64,000 nucleotides of DNA from Fidelibacterota bacterium (GTDB lineage Bacteria; Pseudomonadota; Alphaproteobacteria; Rhodospirillales; Rhodospirillaceae), in the NCBI GenBank assembly GCA_947470105.1, contig CANISR010000002.1, forward strand, positions 1,583 to 65,582, in the 5' to 3' direction. Shown piece by piece: positions 1 to 9,232 of this stretch. The notes under the pieces are model-generated. The model saw only the letters and a program-made list of their open reading frames with translations. It searched no databases and was not told the DNA's origin. The translations under genes were made by a program, and so were the position numbers. How positions within the stretch are numbered: the stretch's first letter is position 1; every line of letters starts with the position of its first letter.

Positions 1-52
1 CGGCCGCTGTCGCTTCGGCGTCTTGCGCCGGTTGTGTGATCAGGACACGCAT
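1..52 (-). CDS. possible uroporphyrinogen-III synthase (HemD-like) N-terminus, partial, runs off the left edge
   Basis: Reverse-strand ATG at 50-52 followed by MRVLITQPAQDAEATAA, open to the window edge. Only 17 codons are visible. Resembles the MRVLVTRP-type start of HemD proteins. Divergent from tsaD. Confidence 0.25.
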   Translation of the reverse strand, partial: MRVLITQPAQDAEATAA

Positions 53-163
53 CGGAGCCGGGGTGTGGACGCTCTATGCTTGGCGAAGAGAGTGTTGTAG
101 AGGCTGCGTTATACCCTGAAAAGGCGCTTTAGCCCCGTCCCCGCGAAAGGCCGCGTTCCACCT

Positions 164-1216
164 GTGTTTGTCCTTGGCATCGAAACCAGTTGCGATGAGA
201 CCGCCGCCGCCGTGGTGGACGGCGAAGGCCGGGTGCTGTCCCAGGTGGTGTTGAGCCAGATCGCCGAACACAAACCTTATGGCGGCATTGTCCCCGAGGT
301 GGCCGCCCGGGCGCATCTCACCCACCTCGACCGCTTGATCGACAAGGCCATGACCGACTCCGGCATCGCCTATGCGGATCTGTCGGCTGTGGCCGCCACG
401 GCAGGACCAGGGCTCATCGGCGGCGTGATCGTGGGCGTCATGACCGCCAAGGCCATCGCCATGGTGCACGACATCCCTTTCATCGCCGTCAATCACCTGG
501 AAGGCCACGCGCTCACGGCCCGCTTCACAGACAACGTGGCGTTTCCCTATCTGCTGCTGCTGGTGTCCGGCGGGCACTGCCAGATCCTGGTGGTGGAAGG
601 TGTCGGCCGCTTCCGTCGCCTGGGCGCCACCATGGACGACGCTGCGGGTGAAGCCTTCGACAAAGTGGCGAAACTCGTCGGCCTCGGTTATCCCGGCGGC
701 CCAGCCATCGAGCGCGCCGCACGGGACGGCAACCCCACGCGCTTTGCTTTTCCCCGTCCGCTCAAAGGCAAGCCCGGCTGCGACTTTTCCTTCTCGGGCC
801 TCAAGACCGCAGTGCGTCTCGCGGCGGAAGCTCTGCCGGAGATGAATGAGCAGAACGCAGCGGATATCGCCGCCGGGTTCCAGGCCGCCCTGGTGGAGTC
901 CATCGCCGACCGGGTGGCCCGCGCCATGGCGGTTTTCCAGTCCGATTACCCAGACGGCAGAACATTGGTCGCCTCGGGTGGCGTCGCCGCCAACACGGCC
1001 TTGCGCGAAGCCCTGGTCAAAACCAGCGCCAAGCGCGGCATGAATTTCGTGGCGCCGCCGATTGCCCTTTGCACCGACAACGCGGTGATGATTGCCTGGG
1101 CCGGCGCCGAACGTTTGAAATTGGGATTGGTCGATGGGCTCGATTTCAAGCCGCGGCCCCGCTGGCCGCTGGATCCCGACGCCGTGCCCGTGCGCGGCGC
1201 GGGCGTCAAAGCCTAG
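164..1216 (+). CDS. tsaD: tRNA N6-adenosine threonylcarbamoyltransferase TsaD (Gcp/Kae1 family)
   Basis: 350-aa ORF with GTG start. [15 protein letters not shown]-terminus and VNHLEGH metal-binding motif are typical of TsaD. Confidence 0.95.
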   Translation: MFVLGIETSCDETAAAVVDGEGRVLSQVVLSQIAEHKPYGGIVPEVAARAHLTHLDRLIDKAMTDSGIAYADLSAVAATAGPGLIGGVIVGVMTAKAIAMVHDIPFIAVNHLEGHALTARFTDNVAFPYLLLLVSGGHCQILVVEGVGRFRRLGATMDDAAGEAFDKVAKLVGLGYPGGPAIERAARDGNPTRFAFPRPLKGKPGCDFSFSGLKTAVRLAAEALPEMNEQNAADIAAGFQAALVESIADRVARAMAVFQSDYPDGRTLVASGGVAANTALREALVKTSAKRGMNFVAPPIALCTDNAVMIAWAGAERLKLGLVDGLDFKPRPRWPLDPDAVPVRGAGVKA

Positions 1217-2223
1217 ATTTTATAATACTCGCGGAACCAGGCGACGGTCTGGGTGAGGCCCTCTTCCAGGGACGTCGTCGGCTGATAGCCGACGGCGCGC
1301 TTCAGGGCGCTTACATCGCACCAGGTGCCTTCAACATCGCCGGGCTGCATGGGCGCCATGTTGAGGTTGGCTTTGCGGCCCGTCACCTTCTCGATGCAGG
1401 CGATGAAATCCATCAGGTCCACCGGCGCGCCGCGGCCGATGTTGAACACGCGGTAAGGCGCTACGCCCGACCCGTCAGGGGTCGGCGAGTCCGAATCCCA
1501 GCCCTCGTCGGCCACCGGCACATGGTCGATCACGCGGCGCACGCCTTCGACGATATCGCCGACAAAGGTGAAGTCGCGCTTCATGTGGCCGCTGTTGTAG
1601 ACGTCGATGGGATCGCCCGCGAAAATTCGCGCACAGAATTTGAACGGCGCCATGTCGGGCCGTCCCCACGGACCGTAGACCGTAAAGAACCGCAAACCAG
1701 TCACCGGCAGATCGAACAGATGCGCGTAGGAATGCGCCAGCAGTTCGTTGCTGCGCTTGGTGGCGGCGTAAAGGGATAGGGGATGCGATGCGCTGTGGTG
1801 TTCAGCGAAGGGCATTGCGGTGTTCGCCCCGTAGACCGAACTGGTGGAGGCATAGACAAAATGCTCCGGGCGCACCACGCGCGCCGCTTCCAGCATATTC
1901 ACGAAGCCGATGAGGTTTGAATCCACATAAGACTGGGGATTCTCCAGGCCATAGCGAACCCCCGGCTGGGCGGCCAGGTGAACGATGCGCGTCGGTTGAA
2001 TCTCGTCGCACAAGGCGAACAAGGCGTCCTTGTCGGCGATATTGATGCGCCGGCCCGTGAAACCCTTGCGGCCTTCAAGCTGCGCCCAGCGCGCCTCCTT
2101 GAGGCGTACATCGTAATAGGGCGTGAAGGAGTCCAGGCCTACGACCGAACGGCCTTCATCCAACAGGCGCTTGGCCAGGTGATAGCCGATAAAGCCCGCA
2201 GTTCCGGTGACGAGGATGGTCAT
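1213..2223 (-). CDS. NAD-dependent sugar-nucleotide epimerase/dehydratase (UDP-glucuronate 4-epimerase-like)
   Basis: 336 aa. VTGTAGFIG Rossmann motif and YAATK (YxxxK) catalytic motif. Overall extended-SDR layout as in CapI/LpsL-type uronate epimerases. Confidence 0.85.
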   Translation of the reverse strand: MTILVTGTAGFIGYHLAKRLLDEGRSVVGLDSFTPYYDVRLKEARWAQLEGRKGFTGRRINIADKDALFALCDEIQPTRIVHLAAQPGVRYGLENPQSYVDSNLIGFVNMLEAARVVRPEHFVYASTSSVYGANTAMPFAEHHSASHPLSLYAATKRSNELLAHSYAHLFDLPVTGLRFFTVYGPWGRPDMAPFKFCARIFAGDPIDVYNSGHMKRDFTFVGDIVEGVRRVIDHVPVADEGWDSDSPTPDGSGVAPYRVFNIGRGAPVDLMDFIACIEKVTGRKANLNMAPMQPGDVEGTWCDVSALKRAVGYQPTTSLEEGLTQTVAWFREYYKI

Positions 2224-2322
2224 TGACTAGTCTTTGCTGATGGGAGGCGGCTTTGCAACGGGGTTCACCTTTGAGATGTTCCACTCCTTGCGGTTTATGG
2301 CCGCACCATGCAAGAAAGCCGC

Positions 2323-3330
2323 ATGCAGAAGCTCGGGATTATCGGCGCCGGAGCCTGGGGGACCGCCCTCGCGGCCGTCGCCCGCAAAGCGGGGCGGGAT
2401 GTGACCCTGTGGGCCTTCGAGCCCGAGGTGGTGGCCGCGATCAATAAGGAGCGCCGCAATCCGTTCCTGCCGGAGATCCCGCTCGATCCCGCCATCATCG
2501 CCACCAGTGATCTTGCCGCGGCGGCGCGCGCCGACCTGATCTTCCTTGTGGTCCCCGCGCAGTTTCTGCGTGGCGTTTGCATCAAGCTGGCGCCGATGCT
2601 GGCGCCTAAGACCCCCGTCGTGATCTGCGCCAAAGGCATCGAAAAGGGCACCGGCGCGCTCATGACCGACGTGGTGCGCGAAACACTGCCCACGGCCGAG
2701 ATGATGGTGCTGTCGGGCCCCACCTTCGCCGCCGAAGTGGCGGCCGGGTTGCCCACCGCCATCACGCTGGGCGCCAGAGATGCCGAGGTTGGCGCCCGCG
2801 CCGCGGCGGCCATCAGTTCGCCCGCCTTCCGGCCCTACCTTTCGACCGACGTGATCGGCGCCGAAGTGGGGGGTGCGGTGAAGAATGTGCTCGCCATTGG
2901 CTGCGGCATCGCCGACGGCCGCAAACTGGGCGCCAACGCCCGCGCGGCACTGCTGACCCGAGGCCTGGCCGAGATCGTGCGGCTGGCGGTGGTGCGTGGC
3001 GGCCGGGCCGAAACGCTCATGGGCCTTTCGGGGCTGGGGGACCTGGTGCTCACCGCTACCTCCATGCAGTCGCGCAACTACTCCCTGGGCGTGGCGTTGG
3101 GCCAGGGTCAAAGCCTTGCTGAAATTTTGGGCGCACGGCGCTCGGTGGCTGAAGGTGTGGCAACGGCCGAAGCCGTGGCGGCGCTGGCGGCGAAACTGGG
3201 CGTGGATATGCCGATTTGCACCGCCATCGACGCGGTGCTCAACCGCGGCGCGCAAGTGGATGTGGTGCTGAAGGGGTTGCTGGAACGGCCCCTGCGCGCA
3301 GAAGTGGACACTCCGCCGTCTCGTGGCTAA
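2323..3330 (+). CDS. gpsA: NAD(P)H-dependent glycerol-3-phosphate dehydrogenase
   Basis: MQKLGIIGAGAWGTALA N-terminus and GpsA-like body throughout. The ORF also opens at an ATG at 2308, 5 codons upstream; 2323 was chosen because it gives the canonical N-terminus. Confidence 0.93.
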   Translation: MQKLGIIGAGAWGTALAAVARKAGRDVTLWAFEPEVVAAINKERRNPFLPEIPLDPAIIATSDLAAAARADLIFLVVPAQFLRGVCIKLAPMLAPKTPVVICAKGIEKGTGALMTDVVRETLPTAEMMVLSGPTFAAEVAAGLPTAITLGARDAEVGARAAAAISSPAFRPYLSTDVIGAEVGGAVKNVLAIGCGIADGRKLGANARAALLTRGLAEIVRLAVVRGGRAETLMGLSGLGDLVLTATSMQSRNYSLGVALGQGQSLAEILGARRSVAEGVATAEAVAALAAKLGVDMPICTAIDAVLNRGAQVDVVLKGLLERPLRAEVDTPPSRG

Positions 3331-3361
3331 ACCAAGACAATAGATTCTGAGGGAACAACAC

Positions 3362-5050
3362 GTGTCAGCCAAAGGCGCAAAGCCGTCACGGCTTTATCCG
3401 GTGATCCTGTCGGGCGGCAGCGGCTCGCGGCTGTGGCCGCTGTCGCGTGAGGAATATCCCAAGCAGCTTCAGGCGCTGACATCCGACCGCACCTTGTTGC
3501 AGGAGACCGCCCTGCGTCTCGGCGCGGCGCTCGATGGCTCTTTCACCATCGCGCCGCCCATCGTGGTGTGCAACGAGGCCCATCGCTTTATCGTGGCGGA
3601 GCAGTTGCGTGCTGCGGGCATCGAGCCCAAAGCCGTGGTGATCGAGCCCCAAGGGCGCAACACTGCGCCGGCGGCCTGTGTCGCCGCCCTCGTTCTCGAA
3701 GACGAGCCCGACGCGCTTATGCTGATCATGCCCTCGGATCACTCGGTGCGAAATCCCGACGCCTTCCGCGACGCTGTGTCTCGCGCCGCGCCCCTGGCGG
3801 CTGCGGGCAAGCTGGTGACCTTCGGCATCCAGCCATCGGCGCCGTCGACAGCTTACGGCTATATCAAACGCGGTGCGGCCCTTTCGGGGAGCGACGGCGC
3901 TTTCAGCGTCGAACGCTTCGTCGAGAAGCCCGACGCCGCCAAGGCTGCCGGCTTTCTCAAGGAGGGCGGCTATTCCTGGAACGGCGGAATCTTCCTTACC
4001 TCGGTGAAGACCTATCTCACCGAACTCGCGCGCACCGAGCCAGGCATCGAGCCCGCGTGCCGCGAGGCCATGAGCGCCGGCAAAAGCGATTTGTTCTTTT
4101 TCCGCCTCGATGCGGCGGCCTTTGCGAAAGTGCCGAGCCAGTCCATCGACTACGGCGTCATGGAGCGCACCGACAAAGCTGCGGTGGTGCCTGTGGATAT
4201 GGGCTGGTCCGATGTGGGCTCCTGGAGCGCGCTGCATGACGAAGCGGTGCGCGATGACGCCGGCAACACCTTCATCGGCGACGTACTCGCCATCGACACC
4301 GCCGGCAGCTATGTGCGCAGCGAGAAGCAGCTCACCGCCGTGCTCGGCCTCAAGGACGCTATCGTCATCGTCACCACCGACGCCGTGCTGGTGGCCGATA
4401 AAGCCCATGATCAGCAGGTCAAACAGATCGTCGAACGCCTGAAGGCTTCAGGCCGCAACGAGGCCACGGCGCAAGCGCGCACGTATCGGCCCTGGGGCTG
4501 GTTCCAGACCATGGACGAAGGCAGCCGCTTCAAGGTGAAGCGCATCTGCGTGAAGCCGGGCGCGCAATTGTCCTTACAGAAACACTGGCACCGCAGTGAG
4601 CACTGGGTGATCGTCACCGGCTGCGCGGTGGTCAACCGCAACGGCGAAGACCTGGTGCTGCGCGAGAATGAATCCACTTTCATTCCGGCGGGCACGGTCC
4701 ACCGTCTCACCAATCCCGGCCACGTCGAACTGCATATGATCGAAGTGCAGTCGGGCGAGTATGTGGGCGAGGACGACATCGTGCGCCTGGCCGACGACTA
4801 CGGCCGCACCGAGGCCAAGACCGAGAAACCCGCCCGCGCCGCCCTTGACCAGAAGCCCGCCAAGACCGCGAAAGCCAAGGGCAAGCCGTCGCTGGCCAAA
4901 CCCCACCGCAAGACCCGGCGCAAAGCCAATCCCGCCGCCGCGGCCCGCCGCCGTGTGCGCCGCCATGCGGTGCGGCCCACCACTAAGATCGCCACCAAGC
5001 GCAAGCCCGGGGGGAAGCCGAAACCGCCCGGCAAGCCGCGCCGTCGCTAA
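3362..5050 (+). CDS. manC: mannose-1-phosphate guanylyltransferase / mannose-6-phosphate isomerase (type II PMI-GMP) with an 80-aa polybasic C-terminal extension
   Basis: LSGGSGSRLWPLSR nucleotidyltransferase motif. C-terminal cupin SLQKHWHRSEHWVIV. The usual family end (IVRLADDYGR) is followed by 80 extra K/R/P/A-rich residues (4808-5047). Confidence 0.9.
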   Translation: MSAKGAKPSRLYPVILSGGSGSRLWPLSREEYPKQLQALTSDRTLLQETALRLGAALDGSFTIAPPIVVCNEAHRFIVAEQLRAAGIEPKAVVIEPQGRNTAPAACVAALVLEDEPDALMLIMPSDHSVRNPDAFRDAVSRAAPLAAAGKLVTFGIQPSAPSTAYGYIKRGAALSGSDGAFSVERFVEKPDAAKAAGFLKEGGYSWNGGIFLTSVKTYLTELARTEPGIEPACREAMSAGKSDLFFFRLDAAAFAKVPSQSIDYGVMERTDKAAVVPVDMGWSDVGSWSALHDEAVRDDAGNTFIGDVLAIDTAGSYVRSEKQLTAVLGLKDAIVIVTTDAVLVADKAHDQQVKQIVERLKASGRNEATAQARTYRPWGWFQTMDEGSRFKVKRICVKPGAQLSLQKHWHRSEHWVIVTGCAVVNRNGEDLVLRENESTFIPAGTVHRLTNPGHVELHMIEVQSGEYVGEDDIVRLADDYGRTEAKTEKPARAALDQKPAKTAKAKGKPSLAKPHRKTRRKANPAAAARRRVRRHAVRPTTKIATKRKPGGKPKPPGKPRRR

Positions 5051-5069
5051 AATATTAGGGGAGGACTCA

Positions 5070-5351
5070 ATGCTTGTTTCGTTGTTGTGCTTCGACAAAC
5101 CCGGCCATGTGGACCTGCGCATGAAGCTGCGGCCCACGCACCTCGACTGGATCGAGAGCACAGGCGTGAAGATGGCTTTCGCCGGTCCCATGCTCACGGA
5201 CGACGGCGCCTCGCCTCACGGCTCCATCATCATCGGTGAATTCGCGACCCTCGCCGACGCCAAGACTTTTTCCGAGAACGACCCCTATGCCAAGGGCGGC
5301 TTGTTCGAGAAAGTCCTCATTCAACCCACCAAGCAAGTGTTCCCCAAGTAA
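5070..5351 (+). CDS. YciI family protein
   Basis: 93 aa starting at the internal ATG at 5070, preceded by AGGGGAGGA. The MLVSLLCFDKPG...RPTHLDW...GP...DDG...GS pattern is typical of YciI-like proteins. Confidence 0.8.
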   Translation: MLVSLLCFDKPGHVDLRMKLRPTHLDWIESTGVKMAFAGPMLTDDGASPHGSIIIGEFATLADAKTFSENDPYAKGGLFEKVLIQPTKQVFPK

Positions 5352-5353
5352 AG

Positions 5354-5683
5354 GTGTCGCGCGCGCTGTGCTCGCTCGCCGATCTTGGCGCCACGGGCGC
5401 TAAGGAAATTGTCCTGACCAAGGACGGCGCGCGCTATCCGGTGTTCGTGATCAAAGATGACGCCGGCGTGCGGGCGTTCGAAAACATCTGTCCTCACGTG
5501 CGCCTGCCGTTGAACGCCGCCGAAGATGTTTTCTTCGACGTAACCCGCACCATACTGGTCTGCGTCAATCACGGCGCCCACTTCGATCCGGTGACGGGGG
5601 TGTGCCTGCGCGGTCCCTGCAAGGGCGAGCGGCTGCGGGCATTTCCAGTGACACTCGACGGCGACGCAGTCGTGATGGGCTGA
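5354..5683 (+). CDS. small Rieske (2Fe-2S) domain protein
   Basis: 109 aa. CPH (ICPHVRLPL) and CxxH (CVNHGAHF) Rieske ligand motifs with the expected spacing. Starts 2 nt after the YciI stop. Confidence 0.75.
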   Translation: MSRALCSLADLGATGAKEIVLTKDGARYPVFVIKDDAGVRAFENICPHVRLPLNAAEDVFFDVTRTILVCVNHGAHFDPVTGVCLRGPCKGERLRAFPVTLDGDAVVMG

Positions 5684-5687
5684 GGGC

Positions 5688-6608
5688 TCAGCGCGGCTTC
5701 ACCGGTCCGTGTTTGGGACAGGTGGTCAGCCGCACGCGCAAGTCTTCGATCAACATGCGGCCGGCCCGCTGCGGCGGGCGGTTGCGGTCGTGCACCACGT
5801 GGATCGGTAAATTCCAACCGGGATTTTCCGCCAGCGCCAGGCGGGTGAGCCGGCCGCTCTCTATGTGCGGCTCCACCAGATGCAGCGGCATGTTGCACCA
5901 GCCGAAGCCGGCCAGCAGATATTCCAGCCGCGTACCCAGGTCGGCGAAGCGCCAGACGCGCCGGCTGATGACGCCGCCGGAAAACCGCGCCGTGATCTGG
6001 GTGCGGTCCGTGAGCACAAGCTGCACCTGATCCTCGAGCATGGCCCGGGTGATAGGCGGCTTTGCCTTCGCCAGCGGATGATCACTCGCCACCACCGGCG
6101 CCATGGCGATATCCGCCAGGAATTCGGACGCGAGATCGTCCTGCTGGGGACGCAGCGAATAGAGTCCGAGCCGCGCGGTATTGTCGCGGATGCGCTGCTC
6201 GGCGCCACCTAGACCCTCGGTGAACACCGTCACCGGCAGGTCGGGAAATTCTCCGGCCAGGACTTTCAGGCTCTGCATCAGCAGCGGATTGGGAAACATG
6301 GCGTCCACCGCGAGGCTGAGCTCCGGCTCTACATCGGCGGCGATGCTCTCAGCCTTTGCCCGCAAAGCCTCGGCGCCGCTCACCAGCTTCCGGGCGTGAT
6401 CCAGAATCGATCGCCCCGCGTCCGTGAGCACCGGGATCTTGCCGCTGCGGTCGAACAGCAGGACACCCAAAGTGGACTCGAGGCCCTGGATGGCCTGGCT
6501 CACCGCAGACTGCACCCGGCGCAGGCTCCGGCCGGCGGCGGAAAAGCTGCCGGTATCGGCCACGGCGATCAAAGTGCGGAGCTGGTCTAGGGTCAGTCTA
6601 TCTAACAT
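5688..6608 (-). CDS. LysR family transcriptional regulator
   Basis: 306 aa. N-terminal wHTH (LDQLRTLIAVADTGSFSAAGRSLRRVQSAVSQAIQGLE) and a LysR substrate-binding body. Divergent from azoR. Confidence 0.9.
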   Translation of the reverse strand: MLDRLTLDQLRTLIAVADTGSFSAAGRSLRRVQSAVSQAIQGLESTLGVLLFDRSGKIPVLTDAGRSILDHARKLVSGAEALRAKAESIAADVEPELSLAVDAMFPNPLLMQSLKVLAGEFPDLPVTVFTEGLGGAEQRIRDNTARLGLYSLRPQQDDLASEFLADIAMAPVVASDHPLAKAKPPITRAMLEDQVQLVLTDRTQITARFSGGVISRRVWRFADLGTRLEYLLAGFGWCNMPLHLVEPHIESGRLTRLALAENPGWNLPIHVVHDRNRPPQRAGRMLIEDLRVRLTTCPKHGPVKPR

Positions 6609-6611
6609 TCT

Positions 6612-6640
6612 TTATCCATCAGTTTATGTGATGGAGATAA
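6612..6640. promoter_or_regulatory. candidate LysR-type operator (imperfect dyad) in the LysR/azoR divergent spacer
   Basis: TTATCCATCA-gtttatg-TGATGGAGATAA. The core CCATCA-N7-TGATGG is a perfect inverted repeat (6616-6621 / 6629-6634), 8 bp upstream of the LysR start codon. Confidence 0.3.
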
Positions 6641-6721
6641 GCATAAATTGGCCGATTTTCCAGATGGAAGGAAAGGGCCATCCTCTGCCCATCACCTGAA
6701 CCCAATTCATAGGAGCACGTC

Positions 6722-7336
6722 ATGGGCTCACTTCTCTTCGTCACCGCCAGCCTCATGGGCGATAAGTCCCAGTCCCGCCAGGTCGCCAGTGACTATGTTG
6801 CCGCGGCCCGCACCGCCCACCCCGGCCTTAAGGTGGTCGAGCGCCACCTGACGCCGGATAATATTCCGCACCTGGGCATGGATGCTCTCGCCGGCTTTGG
6901 CGCCGGCGCCGACGCCCGCACCCCGGCCCAAACCGCGGCGGTGGCTTTCGCGGACAGCATCATTGAAGAAGTGGAAGCGGCCGACACCATCGTCATCGCG
7001 GTGCCTATGTATAACTTCTCGGTACCGTCGACCTTGAAGGCCTGGCTCGATCACGTGGCCCGCGCCGGCCGCACGTTCAAGTATTCGGCCAACGGCCCGG
7101 AAGGTCAGCTCAAGGGCAAACGCGTGGTGGTGGTCGAAAGCCGCGGCGGGTTCTACACCGGCGACAGCCCGGCCAAAGGCATGGATTTCCAGGAACCCTA
7201 TCTGCGCGCCTTCTTCGGGTTCCTCGGCATCACCGACGTGAGCTTTGTGCAGGTCGAAGGCCAGGCCATCGGCCCGGACGTGGCCGCCAAAGGCTTGGCC
7301 GCCGCCAAGACGGCGGTCACACGCCTCGCGGCGTAA
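6722..7336 (+). CDS. azoR: FMN-dependent NADH-azoreductase
   Basis: 204 aa. SQSRQ near the N-terminus and PMYNFSVPSTLKAWLD flavodoxin-like motif are characteristic of AzoR/AcpD. AGGAG precedes the ATG. Confidence 0.85.
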   Translation: MGSLLFVTASLMGDKSQSRQVASDYVAAARTAHPGLKVVERHLTPDNIPHLGMDALAGFGAGADARTPAQTAAVAFADSIIEEVEAADTIVIAVPMYNFSVPSTLKAWLDHVARAGRTFKYSANGPEGQLKGKRVVVVESRGGFYTGDSPAKGMDFQEPYLRAFFGFLGITDVSFVQVEGQAIGPDVAAKGLAAAKTAVTRLAA

Positions 7337-7359
7337 TGACGTGGAGACCTGGTGCGACC

Positions 7360-8775
7360 TTAGATTGCCCCCTGCGCGGCGAGCATCTGCAGCACATGGT
7401 CGCGCTGGGTCTCCACGACTTTCACGTTGCTCTCGAGATTGAGTTCCGTGAACACCTGAGCCGCCTGCTCGAAAGCATGCGCCGCTTCGCGCAGACAATC
7501 GGCGTTGCGGGCAGCGACACCTTTTTCCTTCAACGCCGCGCCGATATTCGCCAACGCGGTGGCCCACACCAGCGGCGCTTTGGCGCGGCTGCGTGAGTCG
7601 GCGATCTTGAGGAAGATGCTCACGGCCTTGTCGAACAGGCTGGACTGCTGCGTCAGGCGGCCCATGGTGACGAGCAATCCGCCCAATGAATTCTGCACAT
7701 CCGCCCAGCGTTCCGGCGATTCCGTGATGGTCCAGATGGCGGTGGCGGCGGAAAAAGCGTCGGCAGCATCCTTAAGGTGAATGGTTTCGCCGCTCTGCTG
7801 TGCGAGGGCGTGAAGCGCCAGGCCCAGGCGCACTTTCAGCGCCGCGTATTCATCGGCGAACACTTCTTTACGCACCATGCCTAAGGCCGTGCGGTAGTAC
7901 TCAACGGTGCGGTCGCCGAGATTGCCGCGCAAGGTCAGGTCACCGATCACCGACATGGCGTCGGCGATATGGGTGCCGATCATGGCGCGCTCGTGCTCGG
8001 GGAAAGCGTCGTTGCCGAGAATCAAAGCGCCTTGGTAAATGGTCACCGCGCGTTGCAAAACCTTCAGATCGCCGGTGCGGACACCGTCCAAGAGCAAGAG
8101 AGCGGCGTAGCAGGCTTGCGCGGTGGCGCATTGGGCCACGGTGCCTTCGAAGTCGCCTTCGGCGAAACGGATGGCGGCCTTCAACACCGGGCGGAACAGA
8201 GTGGCGCGGGCGCGGATGCCGTCGGCGGTGTCCACATTGACGGCGGCAAGCGCCGCGCCGAACACCAGATCGCCGGTGGCGTCGTCGAACAGCGCCGGCA
8301 CTTCAAGACGCTCGAGGGCCGAGAAGGTGGCACTTTGCGGATGCAGCGGCGTCGCGCGGGAGAGGAACCGCAAACGCCAGGACACATTGGAAGCTGAGGC
8401 GGGACCGCCGGGCAACGCCAGGCTCTCGCCCCAGATCAACAGGTCGGCGCCTTCGCGCTTCAACCAGCGGCGGCCGAGATCCACGGCCATGGAGACGAAC
8501 AGCGCCTGGCTGTAGTCGGCGCCGGAAACGGTGAGCGGCCGATCGGCGATGGCGATGGACACGCCCATGCGGCCCGAGAGTCTGTCCTGGATGTGGCGCG
8601 CCGCCAGGCCGGAATGATCCCCGGCCAGGGGGCTGATCAGAATGCGAAGAGGTTCGACGCCGTAAAGCGCGTCCTCGGGTTCGTTGGCGCCAAGGGGCGT
8701 GAAGGCCGGCTCCGAAGGCCCAGGGCCCCGCAGCAGCAAATCTAAAAACGCCCCAACCTTGGACCCCAGCGGCAT
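7360..8775 (-). CDS. hypothetical protein, unassigned N-terminal domain plus C-terminal TPR-like helical repeats
   Basis: 471-aa ORF with no competing annotated gene. C-terminal half has repeated W-A-x-x-Q/A-N-x-G-x-x-L helical-pair motifs (WADVQNSLGGLL, WATALANIGAAL) of the TPR_10/12 kind. No family recognised for residues 1-200. Confidence 0.6.
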   Translation of the reverse strand: MPLGSKVGAFLDLLLRGPGPSEPAFTPLGANEPEDALYGVEPLRILISPLAGDHSGLAARHIQDRLSGRMGVSIAIADRPLTVSGADYSQALFVSMAVDLGRRWLKREGADLLIWGESLALPGGPASASNVSWRLRFLSRATPLHPQSATFSALERLEVPALFDDATGDLVFGAALAAVNVDTADGIRARATLFRPVLKAAIRFAEGDFEGTVAQCATAQACYAALLLLDGVRTGDLKVLQRAVTIYQGALILGNDAFPEHERAMIGTHIADAMSVIGDLTLRGNLGDRTVEYYRTALGMVRKEVFADEYAALKVRLGLALHALAQQSGETIHLKDAADAFSAATAIWTITESPERWADVQNSLGGLLVTMGRLTQQSSLFDKAVSIFLKIADSRSRAKAPLVWATALANIGAALKEKGVAARNADCLREAAHAFEQAAQVFTELNLESNVKVVETQRDHVLQMLAAQGAI

Positions 8776-8899
8776 TCTGCACGCTCCCCAAACGCAAACG
8801 ATCTTAAACGGGCTGCAGAGAGACAGCCCGAATCAACTGCTTAGGGGGTGGCGTTTAAAAATCCATTGAGACTCGTCAAACGAATCGACGAATCAGCAC

Positions 8900-9082
8900 T
8901 CAAAAGTCAGAGCAGCGGCCTTTGCGCTCCCAGTCGCCGAACCGGGTGGGTTCAGGACCCTTGGGGCCGCCTATTTCTGTAACAGGCGCACCCTCGGTTT
9001 TTGGCCCATGTGGCTGCGGCGCCGCAGGCTGAATGGCGGCGGCGGCAGGAGAGAGGGCGAGGGGTTTGGGTGTGGTCATCAC
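8900..9082 (-). CDS. DUF1674 domain protein (SDHAF4-like)
   Basis: 60 aa ending GGPKGPEPTRFGDWERKGRCSDF, the conserved C-terminal signature of DUF1674 / succinate dehydrogenase assembly factor 4-like proteins. Confidence 0.7.
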   Translation of the reverse strand: MMTTPKPLALSPAAAAIQPAAPQPHGPKTEGAPVTEIGGPKGPEPTRFGDWERKGRCSDF

Positions 9083-9105
9083 GTTGTACTGATCATACCG
9101 TTAGT

Positions 9106-9132
9106 CTTGAGATCGTGAATTTACCACATAGA
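9106..9132 (+). promoter_or_regulatory. weak candidate sigma-32-type promoter upstream of htpX
   Basis: CTTGAG-N12-CCACATAGA resembles the heat-shock consensus CTTGAA-N13-17-CCCCATnTA. The spacer is one short and the -10 is imperfect. htpX is a heat-shock regulon member in E. coli. Confidence 0.2.
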
Positions 9133-9232
9133 TCAGTGCTGTATCAAAGCGACGTCTGAACTTTGTTTTGTCGCTTATTCTAAGGCGAACCGCGCACACT
9201 TCGCCGGAAAATGCTCAAGGAGCCTCGATTCC

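Noticed and set aside
2227-3372. 381-aa minus-strand ORF, with similar cases at 9215-10222, 10183-11619, 16863-18203, 18079-19338, 49365-50807, 54395-55888 and 57943-59469
   Set aside because: Each lies opposite a gene with clear family signatures (gpsA, htpX, the dehydratase, asnB, GT2, PBP1A, ccmI, ccmF/ccmE). Each encodes Arg/Gly/His-rich sequence without motifs.
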